A stretch of 64,000 nucleotides of DNA. It comes from a virus. Taxonomy: Duplodnaviria > Heunggongvirae > Uroviricota > Caudoviricetes. The notes beneath the pieces were generated by a model. It made no database searches. It was not told the DNA's origin and saw nothing but the letters and a program-made list of their open reading frames with translations. Made by a program: the position numbers and the translations under genes. Every line of letters begins with the position of its first letter. Within the stretch, counting starts at the first letter, position 1. Of the stretch, positions 30,173-39,968 are shown one piece after another. The DNA lies in the IMG/VR virus record IMGVR_UViG_3300045988_162656. One strand, given 5' to 3'.

Positions 30173-30997
30173 TTAATATCCGGCGTATTCGTATTCTTCA
30201 TTTAGACCGTATTCTTGTGGAGTGATACCAGGACAACATAACTCAAAGGCGAACTTGCGCCATTTGATTTTTTCTTCTGACGATTGTTTGTTATTCGCCG
30301 GTGCAATGTAGTCATATTCCCATTTGCCGTTGCGAAGTAAAATGAATCCGCAGTTATTGCCGAAGTCTTCGTCTGCATAACGTATTACAAACTCAAGGTG
30401 CGGGAACTTTCTAGCCATCGCTTGATAAATTGGTTTTGGCATAGACCAGGCTGTTTCAAAGCGAATCACCAACTCACCACCAGTTGCGGCATGTCTTGCA
30501 AGACGTTTTTTATAGATTCGTTTTGCATATGCTCGAACGTGTGTATGGCGGAAATTATGGCCGTACTTAATACGTGTAGGGATACGTTTTACGGGCATTT
30601 CGATGTTGTAGGCATTCCATTTTGTTCCCCAATTAGCTCGCGACCAGTCAAACCATGAGTAATAGCCATAGCGACGATAATTCTCAAGCCGCATAAGAGC
30701 CTGCTCTTTGATTTTGCGAATTTCCTTGCGTGTCATTCCTGATTCACGCATAGCTAATTCGACCTGTTCTGGAGTCTTTAATTCACCGAACATGTGGTCG
30801 TAAACTGTTTCGCCCGCCATTGCAGAGGCCATGCGCCTGATATGATTGTTTTCTTCCATTTCTATACTTTTCGGACGTCTGCAAATGGTATTAAAGTCAA
30901 TTAGACCTTTTTTGTTAGTTATGGCACGTATGAAATCTAAGCGTTGTTTATTTGTACCACCTATGACTCGGATTTCGTTTGTAATGTGGTTGGGCAT
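30173..30997 (-). CDS. hypothetical protein
   Basis: ORF track; AAACAATTTGTT palindrome plus SD upstream; contains WFDWSRANWGTKWN block that I cannot place. Confidence 0.5.
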   Translation of the reverse strand: MPNHITNEIRVIGGTNKQRLDFIRAITNKKGLIDFNTICRRPKSIEMEENNHIRRMASAMAGETVYDHMFGELKTPEQVELAMRESGMTRKEIRKIKEQALMRLENYRRYGYYSWFDWSRANWGTKWNAYNIEMPVKRIPTRIKYGHNFRHTHVRAYAKRIYKKRLARHAATGGELVIRFETAWSMPKPIYQAMARKFPHLEFVIRYADEDFGNNCGFILLRNGKWEYDYIAPANNKQSSEEKIKWRKFAFELCCPGITPQEYGLNEEYEYAGY

Positions 30998-31044
30998 AAT
31001 TAACTTAACCTTTTAACAAATTGTTTTCTTGTGTGTGATAATAA

Positions 31045-31074
31045 CGAGAATAAAACGGCGTCCAACTGGACGCC
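31045..31074 (-). terminator. rho-independent terminator after SPFH gene
   Basis: Stem GGCGTCC/GGACGCC then GTTTTATT on minus strand. Confidence 0.65.
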
Positions 31075-31092
31075 TGATCTTCTTAATGAGAG

Positions 31093-31923
31093 TTATTTCA
31101 CTGTAATGAAAGGAGTGTTAGCCCCTTGAGTCATGTACTGCGGTAACTGGCCATTCCATTTATTGATGGCTTCCAGTTCCATAACGTTCGGGTTTTGACG
31201 CAGAGCTTCACCGCGCAGACGAATGGCGTCTGCTTCTGCTTGCGCACGAGCACGGATAGCATCAGCTTCACCATTAGCCTGTTCACGTAGCATATTCGCC
31301 TCAGCTTTACGTTGTTCAACTTCCTGCTGACGTTGCAGAGTACGCTGGTTAGCCGTTACTTTGGCGTTGATAGATTCAATGACGGTTTTTGGGTAATCAG
31401 GCTTTCCAACCCATGACAGGCTCAGTACCTCAATACCAACCGGAGACATCTCTTTCTGAATATCTTTCAGTGCGTTGTCCAGCAATTGCGCCTTACCACC
31501 GTCGATAAATGAGTCAGTGGTCATACGGCTGGCCAAACGGTTTAGAGAGTCGGCAATTTTCTGACGCAGATCTGATTCGGTGATATCGTCTACGCCTTTG
31601 CGATAGGTCTGGAACACCGTCGTTACCTTGTCACGATTAACCAGATACGCAACGCCAATTTTGTGACCAATAGCAGTACCGTCACTCATCTGGAATGTGA
31701 ACGGTTCGTCGTAGGTCTTCATTTGTTTGAAGGTCGGGAATACGTAAAGTTCGGTGTTAAGACCTGTCCATTGGCGACCAACGCCAACCACTTCACCGAT
31801 CCCTTTGTCTTCACCTAATTTGTTTACTTTGATGCCAACGTATCCAGGCTCCACGCGATCACAGCCAGTAAGACCCATTGTGCAAATAGCCGCCAGAGCA
31901 ACTGCAAGTAAACCTTTCTTCAT
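31093..31923 (-). CDS. SPFH/band-7 domain lipoprotein
   Basis: Lipobox MGLTGC after signal peptide; SPFH-like core; C-terminal A/E/R-rich coiled coil. Confidence 0.7.
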   Translation of the reverse strand: MKKGLLAVALAAICTMGLTGCDRVEPGYVGIKVNKLGEDKGIGEVVGVGRQWTGLNTELYVFPTFKQMKTYDEPFTFQMSDGTAIGHKIGVAYLVNRDKVTTVFQTYRKGVDDITESDLRQKIADSLNRLASRMTTDSFIDGGKAQLLDNALKDIQKEMSPVGIEVLSLSWVGKPDYPKTVIESINAKVTANQRTLQRQQEVEQRKAEANMLREQANGEADAIRARAQAEADAIRLRGEALRQNPNVMELEAINKWNGQLPQYMTQGANTPFITVK

Positions 31924-31926
31924 TAC

Positions 31927-32127
31927 TTATTTCCCCTTTGCTTTGATTAATGAGTTGATAAACTTACGACCAGCAATAAGACCGATTACAGGAGCACCAA
32001 AACCAACGATAACTCCAAACATGACGGCTAAATCACTCTTGGTAGAAATCAGCGACGGAACCAGTAAACTGTAGATGAGAGCCACTGAAACGCCTGTGGC
32101 TACTGCCAATAGATAGATTTTGATCAT
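31927..32127 (-). CDS. small membrane protein (partner of SPFH protein)
   Basis: 66 aa, two hydrophobic helices; conserved initiation region. Confidence 0.5.
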   Translation of the reverse strand: MIKIYLLAVATGVSVALIYSLLVPSLISTKSDLAVMFGVIVGFGAPVIGLIAGRKFINSLIKAKGK

Positions 32128-32129
32128 GT

Positions 32130-32185
32130 GTTTTCCTATGTGGTTGTTATGCGAAAATAATAAGTAAGTACTTATATATTTTCAA
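32130..32185 (-). promoter_or_regulatory. candidate sigma70 promoter overlapping a dyad motif
   Basis: Minus strand TTGAAA - 17 bp (ATATATAAGTACTTACT) - TATTAT, then conserved initiation region. Confidence 0.4.
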
Positions 32186-32215
32186 GAGATAAAAAAGGCG
32201 TCCTGTGGACGCCTT
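32186..32215 (-). terminator. rho-independent terminator after RecA-like gene
   Basis: Stem AAGGCGTCC/GGACGCCTT then TTTTTTAT on minus strand. Confidence 0.75.
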
Positions 32216-32219
32216 GTGT

Positions 32220-33293
32220 TTACTCTTCTACTGACTCGGTGGGGTTGTCTTTTGCTCTTCGGTCGTCGATTGCCTGCAAAGCCGCAATGATTTCAGCCAG
32301 TGGCTTCTCCCGATACATCTCGACGATCTGCGATTTGGTGTATTTCTTGTCACCAATTTCAACTCGCCCGCTGGCGTTCTTTGGCAGGTATCCTTCTTCC
32401 AGCATGTACTCGACGAGCGATTCGATAACGTCGAGGCCACGAGTAGGATCGAAGTAGAATTTCCAGGTGCATTTGCCATACGGTGGTGCAACTTTGTTTT
32501 TGATGCATTCTGCGCCTACGTCCTGGCCGATCTTCTCTTTACCATCCTTCATCACCGATGCACCAAGACGGATACGTACAGAAGCGTAGAACTTCGGTGA
32601 ATCTCCACCTGGAGACGTAGTAGGGTCGCCAAACATTACACCGATTTTTGTGCGAACCTGATTCAAGAAGATGATGCAGGCGTTGTATTTGCGTGCCCAC
32701 AAAGCCAGAGTAGGGAAGTTCGCACTTGTCGCACGAGCCAGTGCCGTATTGTCGTTCATGTTTAGCTGATCTTTGTCTTTGGCAGTGCCTTCAGCCATCT
32801 TTTCGAACTTCTCGGCTTTGGAGTTCGGAACCATAGACGCAAGTGAGTCAGCCACGATACAGATAGGTGCTGATTCAGGAATAAGCTCTTCATCACGTAC
32901 CAATTTAAGAATTGTGCCGATCAACTCTACAGAGTCTTCGAAGGTATCAGGCTGCTTGTATACCCACTGACCGTCATCCTCATCTGCATTCAAACCATTG
33001 GCTACAGCCAGGCCAACGTCAAAACTGTTCTCATGATCGAGGAATACCGCCAGACCATCTTGTTTCTGTGCGGAGATCATTGCTGCCGTTGCCAAAAAGG
33101 TTTTCCCCGCGCTTGGTGGCCCGAATACTTCTACGATACGACCACATGGGAAACCGCCATCGTAACGACCGGAAATCGCTTTGTTTAACGGAGGAAAGCC
33201 TGTGTCAATCCAATGAGTTACTTTCTGAATTTCGTCGTTGCTACCGATTTTCTTTTTCAGAGCAAGTGCCAGTGCGGATTTTCCTTTTGCCAT
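32220..33293 (-). CDS. RecA-family recombinase
   Basis: Walker A GPPSAGKT; block FLNQVRTKIGVMFGDPTTSPGG parallels RecA [22 protein letters not shown]. Confidence 0.8.
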   Translation of the reverse strand: MAKGKSALALALKKKIGSNDEIQKVTHWIDTGFPPLNKAISGRYDGGFPCGRIVEVFGPPSAGKTFLATAAMISAQKQDGLAVFLDHENSFDVGLAVANGLNADEDDGQWVYKQPDTFEDSVELIGTILKLVRDEELIPESAPICIVADSLASMVPNSKAEKFEKMAEGTAKDKDQLNMNDNTALARATSANFPTLALWARKYNACIIFLNQVRTKIGVMFGDPTTSPGGDSPKFYASVRIRLGASVMKDGKEKIGQDVGAECIKNKVAPPYGKCTWKFYFDPTRGLDVIESLVEYMLEEGYLPKNASGRVEIGDKKYTKSQIVEMYREKPLAEIIAALQAIDDRRAKDNPTESVEE

Positions 33294-33295
33294 GA

Positions 33296-33568
33296 TCAGG
33301 CTCCTTTTGTTTCGTTGATTCGTTTTAAAGCGGCGGATTCGTCGAATACAATCGCATCGTGGTTAAGGAGTCTGGATACACGAGCGAGGATTTTTACGAC
33401 CTGCTCGCTGACTAATCCAAACTCGCGATCTGTCGCTTTCATTCCGGCAGCGCCTAGAATTGACGGCAGTGCGATGACAGCGTACTCACCGTGATAAAAG
33501 ACAATCTCTTTTGCCAGTTGGGTAGGGGTGGTTGTAGCGCCATTAATAATCGATTTAAGCATTAGCAA
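33296..33568 (-). CDS. hypothetical protein
   Basis: ORF track; overlaps flap endonuclease stop. Confidence 0.4.
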   Translation of the reverse strand: MLMLKSIINGATTTPTQLAKEIVFYHGEYAVIALPSILGAAGMKATDREFGLVSEQVVKILARVSRLLNHDAIVFDESAALKRINETKGA

Positions 33569-34506
33569 TACCTTTCGAATGGAAGAACAAACACTTCAAG
33601 GTCTTCAAGGAACGAACGGAAATTCAGCTCGTAGCACAGTTGCTCGAATGCTTTCACGTCACGATTGCCTTTGATTGTTTCGATTTCGGTAGGCGGAAAC
33701 TTCGTCTCAATCAGGTTCATTAGCGTGATGTTTCTCTTGAACGCTTCGAGCATTCGACAGCCTGTTTTCTCGTTGAAGGCATTCTTCGCTAGTTTGTTGA
33801 AGGCGGTCTTATGGCGTCCTTTGTCAACCACGATTGAGCCGTCGTTGATGCCGCGTACCATCGTTGCGACACTTCCCCATTCATGCAGCAGCTCTTTCGC
33901 ACCGCCAGCACCAATGCCACCAACACCGCTAATGTTGTCCGATTTATCGCCTTGTAATGCTTTTGCTTCCAAAAATGCGCGAGGAGTAGCGAATCCTGTC
34001 AGCTCCGCAAATTGCTCAAAATTAACCTGCTTGTTTTTGGCGTCTTCGCGCAGGCTTACCCAGCTTACGTTTTCGCGAACTAACTGAAGCCAGTCGCTAT
34101 CGCCTGTTAACAGATAGATGTGTTCAACAATTGGCTGCGGTGCAATGCTGGCTACCAGCAGCCCGGCCAGATCATCCGCTTCTGCATCTTTTGCAATGAG
34201 TTGGGTAACTCCAAGCGCGGTCATCATTTTGAGGATGTATGGCTTCTGGATAGCAAAGCCTTCCTTCATCTTTTTCATATCAGGATCGTCGTCGCGATTT
34301 GCTTTGTAGTCCGGGTAAAAGTCGCGACGCTTGTCACTAAATCCATCCCAAAGAATCATAGGTCGGGCATGGAGGATGGAGGCATAACGACGGACGTTCT
34401 TAACAAAGCCGAAAGCAGCCTGTACTTCCATTTCGCCGTTGTGCAATTTGTCAGATTGTTGGTGGTAATAACCCAGGCTATTGCCATCTACGAAGAGATA
34501 ATTCAC
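33562..34506 (-). CDS. flap endonuclease / 5'-3' exonuclease
   Basis: N-terminal LFVDGNSLGYY, acidic clusters and H3TH region; ORF track start (34557) lies inside a terminator hairpin, so start reset to GTG 34506 with SD GGAAGGAA. Confidence 0.75.
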   Translation of the reverse strand: MNYLFVDGNSLGYYHQQSDKLHNGEMEVQAAFGFVKNVRRYASILHARPMILWDGFSDKRRDFYPDYKANRDDDPDMKKMKEGFAIQKPYILKMMTALGVTQLIAKDAEADDLAGLLVASIAPQPIVEHIYLLTGDSDWLQLVRENVSWVSLREDAKNKQVNFEQFAELTGFATPRAFLEAKALQGDKSDNISGVGGIGAGGAKELLHEWGSVATMVRGINDGSIVVDKGRHKTAFNKLAKNAFNEKTGCRMLEAFKRNITLMNLIETKFPPTEIETIKGNRDVKAFEQLCYELNFRSFLEDLEVFVLPFERYC

Positions 34507-34518
34507 CGGTACATTCCT

Positions 34519-34550
34519 TCCAAAAAGTAAGGCGTCCGTAGACGCCTTAC
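34519..34550 (-). terminator. rho-independent terminator after SSB-like gene
   Basis: Stem GTAAGGCGTC/GACGCCTTAC then TTTTTG on minus strand. Confidence 0.65.
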
Positions 34551-34566
34551 TGGTCACGTAATGGGA

Positions 34567-35595
34567 TTACAGAGAGTCCAGCTCTCTCAGTAGGTCATCC
34601 AGACCTTCATCTTCCGTCGCAGATGCGGCTGCTACAGATGTCGCTGCGACTGCTTCAGACTCTTTGACTGATACTGCAACGGCAGCGGAACTTGCTTCTG
34701 GTTTAAATTCAGTTTCAACGGCACGGAGGATTTCTTCATCAACCAGACTGGTTGGTTCAGAAGCTGGGGTGTGAGCGGTAGCTACAGCAGTCGCACCCTC
34801 CGTATGACCAGTGACAGAGCCAAATCCAGGCAGTGCCGCGGCCGATGTTTTCGCGGTAGAGGAAATTGCTGGTGCCGATGCAGAGGCAGTTGGTGCTGCG
34901 ATGCCAATCAGACGACCCATAGTGCGAACTGTCGAGAGAAGACGAGTTTCATCAGCCTGATTTGCGTATGCGATCAGATCATGCTGGGTATTCCAGAATT
35001 TATCTTCGATATCGCCTTTGTAGACTTTACGCTTAGGCGAGACGTCATATTTGGTATCGCGACCAGAGCCAGTACGTTTAATCAGGAATGCGTAGCCTTC
35101 CTCTTTGCTCAGTGGATTGCCGATATCATCAGCGATGTCTTCGGTGATTGCTTTGCAGATATCATCGAATACAGTAGACGGCAGCTCGATTAACTGGCAT
35201 TTCTCAGCATCTGCGAAATCCTCACGAGCAGAAAGAATGCCGTTGACCAGATAGCGAGGAGTGGCACGCATTTGACCGATGCGTTCTTCCATTGCTTTGT
35301 TACCCTTGTGACGAGCGCGACCTTCCATCACCATTTCGCATAGCTGACAAGCGCGACCGTGAGTATGTTGCTCACAAATATAAGCGTTGGTTGCTTCTTT
35401 ACCTTCCTCGTTCTGATACTTAACGTAGTGCATACCGAAAGTCTGGAAGAACTTACCGTTTGGGTCGTCTTTATTCGGGAAGATGCGGATATAGTTGACG
35501 CCGTCTTTTAAGCGAGTCAGATCAACGTTGTTACCACGTTTGGCGGCAATGTCTTCACGAGTTTTGTTAAGCAAATCAAGTAATGTCTTAGACAT
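34567..35595 (-). CDS. putative single-stranded DNA-binding protein (gp32-like)
   Basis: Cys/His cluster CEQHTHGRACQLCEM and acidic C-terminal tail DEGLDDLLRELDSL; position beside replication genes. Confidence 0.5.
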   Translation of the reverse strand: MSKTLLDLLNKTREDIAAKRGNNVDLTRLKDGVNYIRIFPNKDDPNGKFFQTFGMHYVKYQNEEGKEATNAYICEQHTHGRACQLCEMVMEGRARHKGNKAMEERIGQMRATPRYLVNGILSAREDFADAEKCQLIELPSTVFDDICKAITEDIADDIGNPLSKEEGYAFLIKRTGSGRDTKYDVSPKRKVYKGDIEDKFWNTQHDLIAYANQADETRLLSTVRTMGRLIGIAAPTASASAPAISSTAKTSAAALPGFGSVTGHTEGATAVATAHTPASEPTSLVDEEILRAVETEFKPEASSAAVAVSVKESEAVAATSVAAASATEDEGLDDLLRELDSL

Positions 35596-35712
35596 GTGTT
35601 TCTCCTTGTTGTGATTTGGCCGATGGCGCTATGCGCGTTGGGCTTTCGTTCATTCGTGGCTCTTTCGAGCTGTTAAATGATAGATCAGTACTTACTTATT
35701 ATCTATCAAAAA

Positions 35713-36144
35713 TCAACGGGGAGTAATAAAGCGTTCAGAGCCTAATCGCTCTAATTCAACGATGGCCATCTTTGACGCCTGAACGATCATGTCTCGGCGA
35801 TGCGAAAAGGCGGCGACAGCATGTTTGTATATGTCTGCGATGTGCCGTGCTTCATCCAACTTCTGCCGTTTAGACAGATACTGTGGGTTTGTTTTAACCT
35901 TAGCGTCCAGTACAGACTCGTTGAACTTAATGCCGTTCATACTCAAGTTCTTACGCTCTGTGTCGTATAGCTTTGCTTCAACAGCTTCAAGGTTAAGTTT
36001 TGCCTCTGCGACACTTCTTTCTGCATGAGCGAGTTTTGAGCCATACTCCATTAAAAGGCGGGGTTGTCTACGCCAGACTTCCTCCAGATTGTCTCGGTCA
36101 AACTCGAGATCAGACATTATTTTCTCGTAAATATCGGTGATCAT
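35713..36144 (-). CDS. hypothetical protein
   Basis: ORF track; conserved initiation region. Confidence 0.5.
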   Translation of the reverse strand: MITDIYEKIMSDLEFDRDNLEEVWRRQPRLLMEYGSKLAHAERSVAEAKLNLEAVEAKLYDTERKNLSMNGIKFNESVLDAKVKTNPQYLSKRQKLDEARHIADIYKHAVAAFSHRRDMIVQASKMAIVELERLGSERFITPR

Positions 36145-36227
36145 GTGCTTTCCTTTTTACTTATCATTTTATATTGATTATATCATTGTGATGATAAGGC
36201 AAGGAGTTCGAGGATAGGGGATATGAG

Positions 36228-36263
36228 GGGATAAGGGAAAACATGGCCATAGAGGCCATGTTT
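36228..36263 (-). terminator. rho-independent terminator after dnaE
   Basis: Stem AACATGGCC/GGCCATGTT then TTTTCCC on minus strand. Confidence 0.6.
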
Positions 36264-36269
36264 ATGGGA

Positions 36270-39200
36270 TCACGTCTTAATGGTTTCTGCTACGTCGGCT
36301 AATATCGCTTCTAGTCGTTCTCCCTCTTCAGGTCTGAAGTAAAGAATGTTGGGGTTAAACCCGTAAAAGACAGTAACGTCAAGGTCTGGAAGGTACTCCT
36401 TCCTGCCGACCAAATCGGATGGCTTGTTTTTGTTGTTAAACAATGCCGTTGCCCGGCTGCCACACGTCAGCACATAGGTCGGACGCACCAGATTGATCTC
36501 TTCACGTATAAAGTCGGTGAACTGGCCGATCTCGTCTTTGGTGTAGTCTTTTTCTTTGTCTTTAACCTTCTTGCAAACGCCTGTGACATAGAGATCGCCC
36601 ATGCGTAAATCTCCAGCCGTCAATAGCTTGGCCTTAAAGTCGTCGTATCCGTTCTCCATAAAGTAACCGGTTCGAGCATCATTGCCGTTCGCATTGTCCA
36701 GAATGATCATGATTTTCGGCTTAATGCCAATGCTAGGGCGGATTAGTTCATCACCTAATCCCATTTCAGCCGCCATCCGTGTCATGAGCACGTTAATCTC
36801 AGCCGAACGTTTGGGGTTCATCTCAAACGGACGTGAGGCTTTAACTGCGTCTATGACAAGGTTTCCCATCAATTCAGCCTGGTCGCGGAGACGCTCTGGA
36901 TCAGTTGCTGGCAGACTACCTGGCTCGATGGATGCAAACGCACCTACTTTTTGCAGTGATTCGCGCACTCGACTATTACAGGCACGTTTCTCGACAGCTT
37001 CTTCGAATTGCGCCAGTGACTCGAATTTGCCGCCAACTTTTTCTCGCGCTCTCATGATGGCTTGGCAGCCATTCTCAGAACACCCTTTCACAGCAGAGAA
37101 GGGCGCATACAGCACCTGGCTGCCATCTTCAAGCGTGCGGATCTCGATTCGGTTAGATGACACGTTAACGTCTGGTGGCAATACGCGAATACCATAGGTC
37201 AGCGCATCTTTAACCAGCCCCTGGTGTTTATCTTCGCCAAGAATAGTGAGAGCAGCAGCGAAGAACTCCGCGGGATAATGAGTTTTCAACCACATAGATT
37301 GATAACTGATTAAGGAGTAAGCAACAGAGTGTGATTTGTTGAACTGGTAGGCACCATTCTTTTCGAATGCGGTCCAGATCTCCTTCGCTTTCATCTCTGA
37401 TAGCCCTGGATGTGACGCTGTAACGCGTACTGCGTTTATAGGTAGTTTTGCGCCGTACTCAAGTGCCTCTTCGACAGTTTTCAGAGTTCCGTCTTCGCAT
37501 TTAAAATGTTCCGCACGGTGAATGCGCTGTGTAGTGCCATCTTCCAGCTCAACGTCTATCCAGCCAGCTTGAGCCTGAACGATGAACTTCTCGCCCATGC
37601 TCTTCATTTTTTCCATGTCTTTTTTGCCGATCGCTTTACGAACGCCGTCAGCTTCAGCCATTGTGAAGCCAGCAAGCAATCGAGTCGCGTTCATCGTCTG
37701 TTCCTGATAGAGAATCACGCCATTTGTTTCTGCGGTAAGTTCATCAAGAACGGGGTGTAATGATTCCGGCGTCATAAAGCCTTTGGCTACAGAAACATAG
37801 TCATCCAACATGCCTGACTGAATTGGCCCCGGCCGGAAGAGCGCAGTCGTAGCAACAACCGTTTTAAAGCTCATTGGCTCAATTCCACCACCTAAATCTT
37901 TAAGCAGCTTGCGCATTGGGCCTGATTCAAGCTGGAAAACACCTTGAGTGTACCCAGCAGCAAAACCATCCAGCACCTTGCGATCTTCAAGAGAAATGGC
38001 ATCAAGATTGATATCTTCACCTGTGTTCTCTTTTATGTAGCGTTTTGCACTATCGAGCAAATCGAGAGTTGCCAGACCAAGTACGTCCAGCTTAATTAGG
38101 CCCATAGCCTCGCAGTAACGCTTGTCAAATGCGATACAACGCGCGTCACCACGGCGTTCAACCGGTGTACGTTCTGTCAGAGGAACACCTGCTACGATCA
38201 TCCCTGCCGCATGTCTACCAAAGCCACGCATAAGACTTTGTAACTTGCAGGCAGCATTGAATGCATCAGGGTATTTTGTCGCGTATTTGTCGAGACTTGC
38301 CAGTTGTTCGCGCAGCTCCTCCAATGGAAGGCTATCATCCTCGACGTTCTTCAGCTCTTTTGATACCGCCATATCTGCGGACTCCACACCATAAATACGA
38401 GCGGTATCACGTAGTGCTGAGGCTGCGCCCAGGTAGGTGAAGTTCGGAATGCCTGCAACGTAATCTTCGCCGTAGCGTTCATTCAGATACTCGATCACCT
38501 CATGGCGACGTGCCTGGCTGAAGTCCAAGTCCGCATCCGGCAAGTCGAGACGCTCAGGGTTGATGAAACGCTCAAACAGAAGACCGTGACGGATTGGGTC
38601 GACGTTGGTTATGCCTATGCACCACGCCACCAGAGAACCGGCAGAGGAACCACGACCAGGCCCGACAGGAATGCCAGTTTCACGGCTGTGATTCATCAGA
38701 TCGCGTACCATCAGGAAGTAACCACAAAATCCCAGGCGAGTCAGCGTGTCCATTTCGTACTTTAGCCGCTCAACATAAACCCTGTTCTCAGAAGCAGGTG
38801 GTGTGTAGCCAAACTCTTTTGTGGTAAGACGTTTACGCAGCCCTGCAACAGCCAGTTTCATAAGCGTTGCAGGCTCGTCGTCTGCCATCTTTGGCAGTGC
38901 TGGTGGCAATTCATGCCAGCGCCATGTGCAGGCATCGATAATGGTATCCTGCGTTGTTGAGGCCATTGCAGCTGTTACCGGCACATCCATGCGAACGGAG
39001 AAGGTTTTCAGCGCCTCAAGGAGATGGCGGCGACCATTGACGGCGTTATCTCGCTGGTGGGGGATACGCAGACGATGCGGCTGGTCGATTTTGATGTTGT
39101 TCGTAACCATGTGCGCAATGTCTTTAATGTCTGCATCGTCGATCGATTCGTAATAAGCGGGATAGAACGCCACTGGCTCTATTTTCAATGCGCTGGCGAC

Positions 39201-39788
39201 TTTCATCGCCCGGACGTTAATCTGGTCGTAGAATGGGGTAGGGTGCGGATAAACCACACTATAGAAGTTGTCTTTTCCACCCGCTGTAATCAGTGTGCTT
39301 ATGATTTTTGCAAAATCGTTGCGTTGGAACACGCTACCGATGTCGGAAGTGAGCAGGATGATGTTGCCTTTGGCATATGTAGAAACCAACTGTTCGAGCG
39401 AGAGACGCGGTACAAAGTAGAACTGTTCTCGTGTGTTGGCCACCGTCATTAGTTCGCAGATGTCGCGATATCCTTGCTCATTTTTAATTAGAGCGGTAAA
39501 CGAGTAGTTACGTCCTCGCTCTAATGATTCCATACATCCCTTAGACTCTTTAGCAATTTTAGCCCGGTACTCGTATGTGGGATCATCAACAATGTTTAGT
39601 TTCACACCACAAATAACCGCCATGTCGTCACCAGCGGCACGTTGTAGTGGAATAACACTCGCAATATTCATGCTATCTGCCGAAATTACAGCGGTGTAGC
39701 CAGCTTCTCTGGCAATCTTCACCGCGTTTTCTGCTTTTAGAGCCGACTCCCCAAGAGAGAAGTCAGTTCGAACCATCAGAGCCTTCAT
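36270..39788 (-). CDS. dnaE: DnaE-type DNA polymerase III alpha-like replicative polymerase
   Basis: 1172 aa; block GFCGYFLMVRDLMNHSRETGIPVGPGRGSSAGSLVAWCIGITNVDP typical of DnaE family. Confidence 0.9.
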   Translation of the reverse strand: MKALMVRTDFSLGESALKAENAVKIAREAGYTAVISADSMNIASVIPLQRAAGDDMAVICGVKLNIVDDPTYEYRAKIAKESKGCMESLERGRNYSFTALIKNEQGYRDICELMTVANTREQFYFVPRLSLEQLVSTYAKGNIILLTSDIGSVFQRNDFAKIISTLITAGGKDNFYSVVYPHPTPFYDQINVRAMKVASALKIEPVAFYPAYYESIDDADIKDIAHMVTNNIKIDQPHRLRIPHQRDNAVNGRRHLLEALKTFSVRMDVPVTAAMASTTQDTIIDACTWRWHELPPALPKMADDEPATLMKLAVAGLRKRLTTKEFGYTPPASENRVYVERLKYEMDTLTRLGFCGYFLMVRDLMNHSRETGIPVGPGRGSSAGSLVAWCIGITNVDPIRHGLLFERFINPERLDLPDADLDFSQARRHEVIEYLNERYGEDYVAGIPNFTYLGAASALRDTARIYGVESADMAVSKELKNVEDDSLPLEELREQLASLDKYATKYPDAFNAACKLQSLMRGFGRHAAGMIVAGVPLTERTPVERRGDARCIAFDKRYCEAMGLIKLDVLGLATLDLLDSAKRYIKENTGEDINLDAISLEDRKVLDGFAAGYTQGVFQLESGPMRKLLKDLGGGIEPMSFKTVVATTALFRPGPIQSGMLDDYVSVAKGFMTPESLHPVLDELTAETNGVILYQEQTMNATRLLAGFTMAEADGVRKAIGKKDMEKMKSMGEKFIVQAQAGWIDVELEDGTTQRIHRAEHFKCEDGTLKTVEEALEYGAKLPINAVRVTASHPGLSEMKAKEIWTAFEKNGAYQFNKSHSVAYSLISYQSMWLKTHYPAEFFAAALTILGEDKHQGLVKDALTYGIRVLPPDVNVSSNRIEIRTLEDGSQVLYAPFSAVKGCSENGCQAIMRAREKVGGKFESLAQFEEAVEKRACNSRVRESLQKVGAFASIEPGSLPATDPERLRDQAELMGNLVIDAVKASRPFEMNPKRSAEINVLMTRMAAEMGLGDELIRPSIGIKPKIMIILDNANGNDARTGYFMENGYDDFKAKLLTAGDLRMGDLYVTGVCKKVKDKEKDYTKDEIGQFTDFIREEINLVRPTYVLTCGSRATALFNNKNKPSDLVGRKEYLPDLDVTVFYGFNPNILYFRPEEGERLEAILADVAETIKT

Positions 39789-39968
39789 GTGTTTTTACCT
39801 TTCTGGTTTTTTTGATTTTGTCATTGGGGAAGCCTACGAACTTCCCATACATCGAAATCGCAACTTCTTTTGCTGATTGGTGACAATCGGGCTTGTCTGG
39901 ACACACCAGGCAAGCCTTGCCAGTTTCAGAAGCAGCGATAAGAGAGCCGAAACATCCTTTACGCACGA

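Noticed and set aside
39763-39966. 67-aa Cys-rich ORF overlapping the dnaE start
   Set aside because: GTG start without SD and 26-nt overlap with dnaE; kept out of the feature list pending evidence
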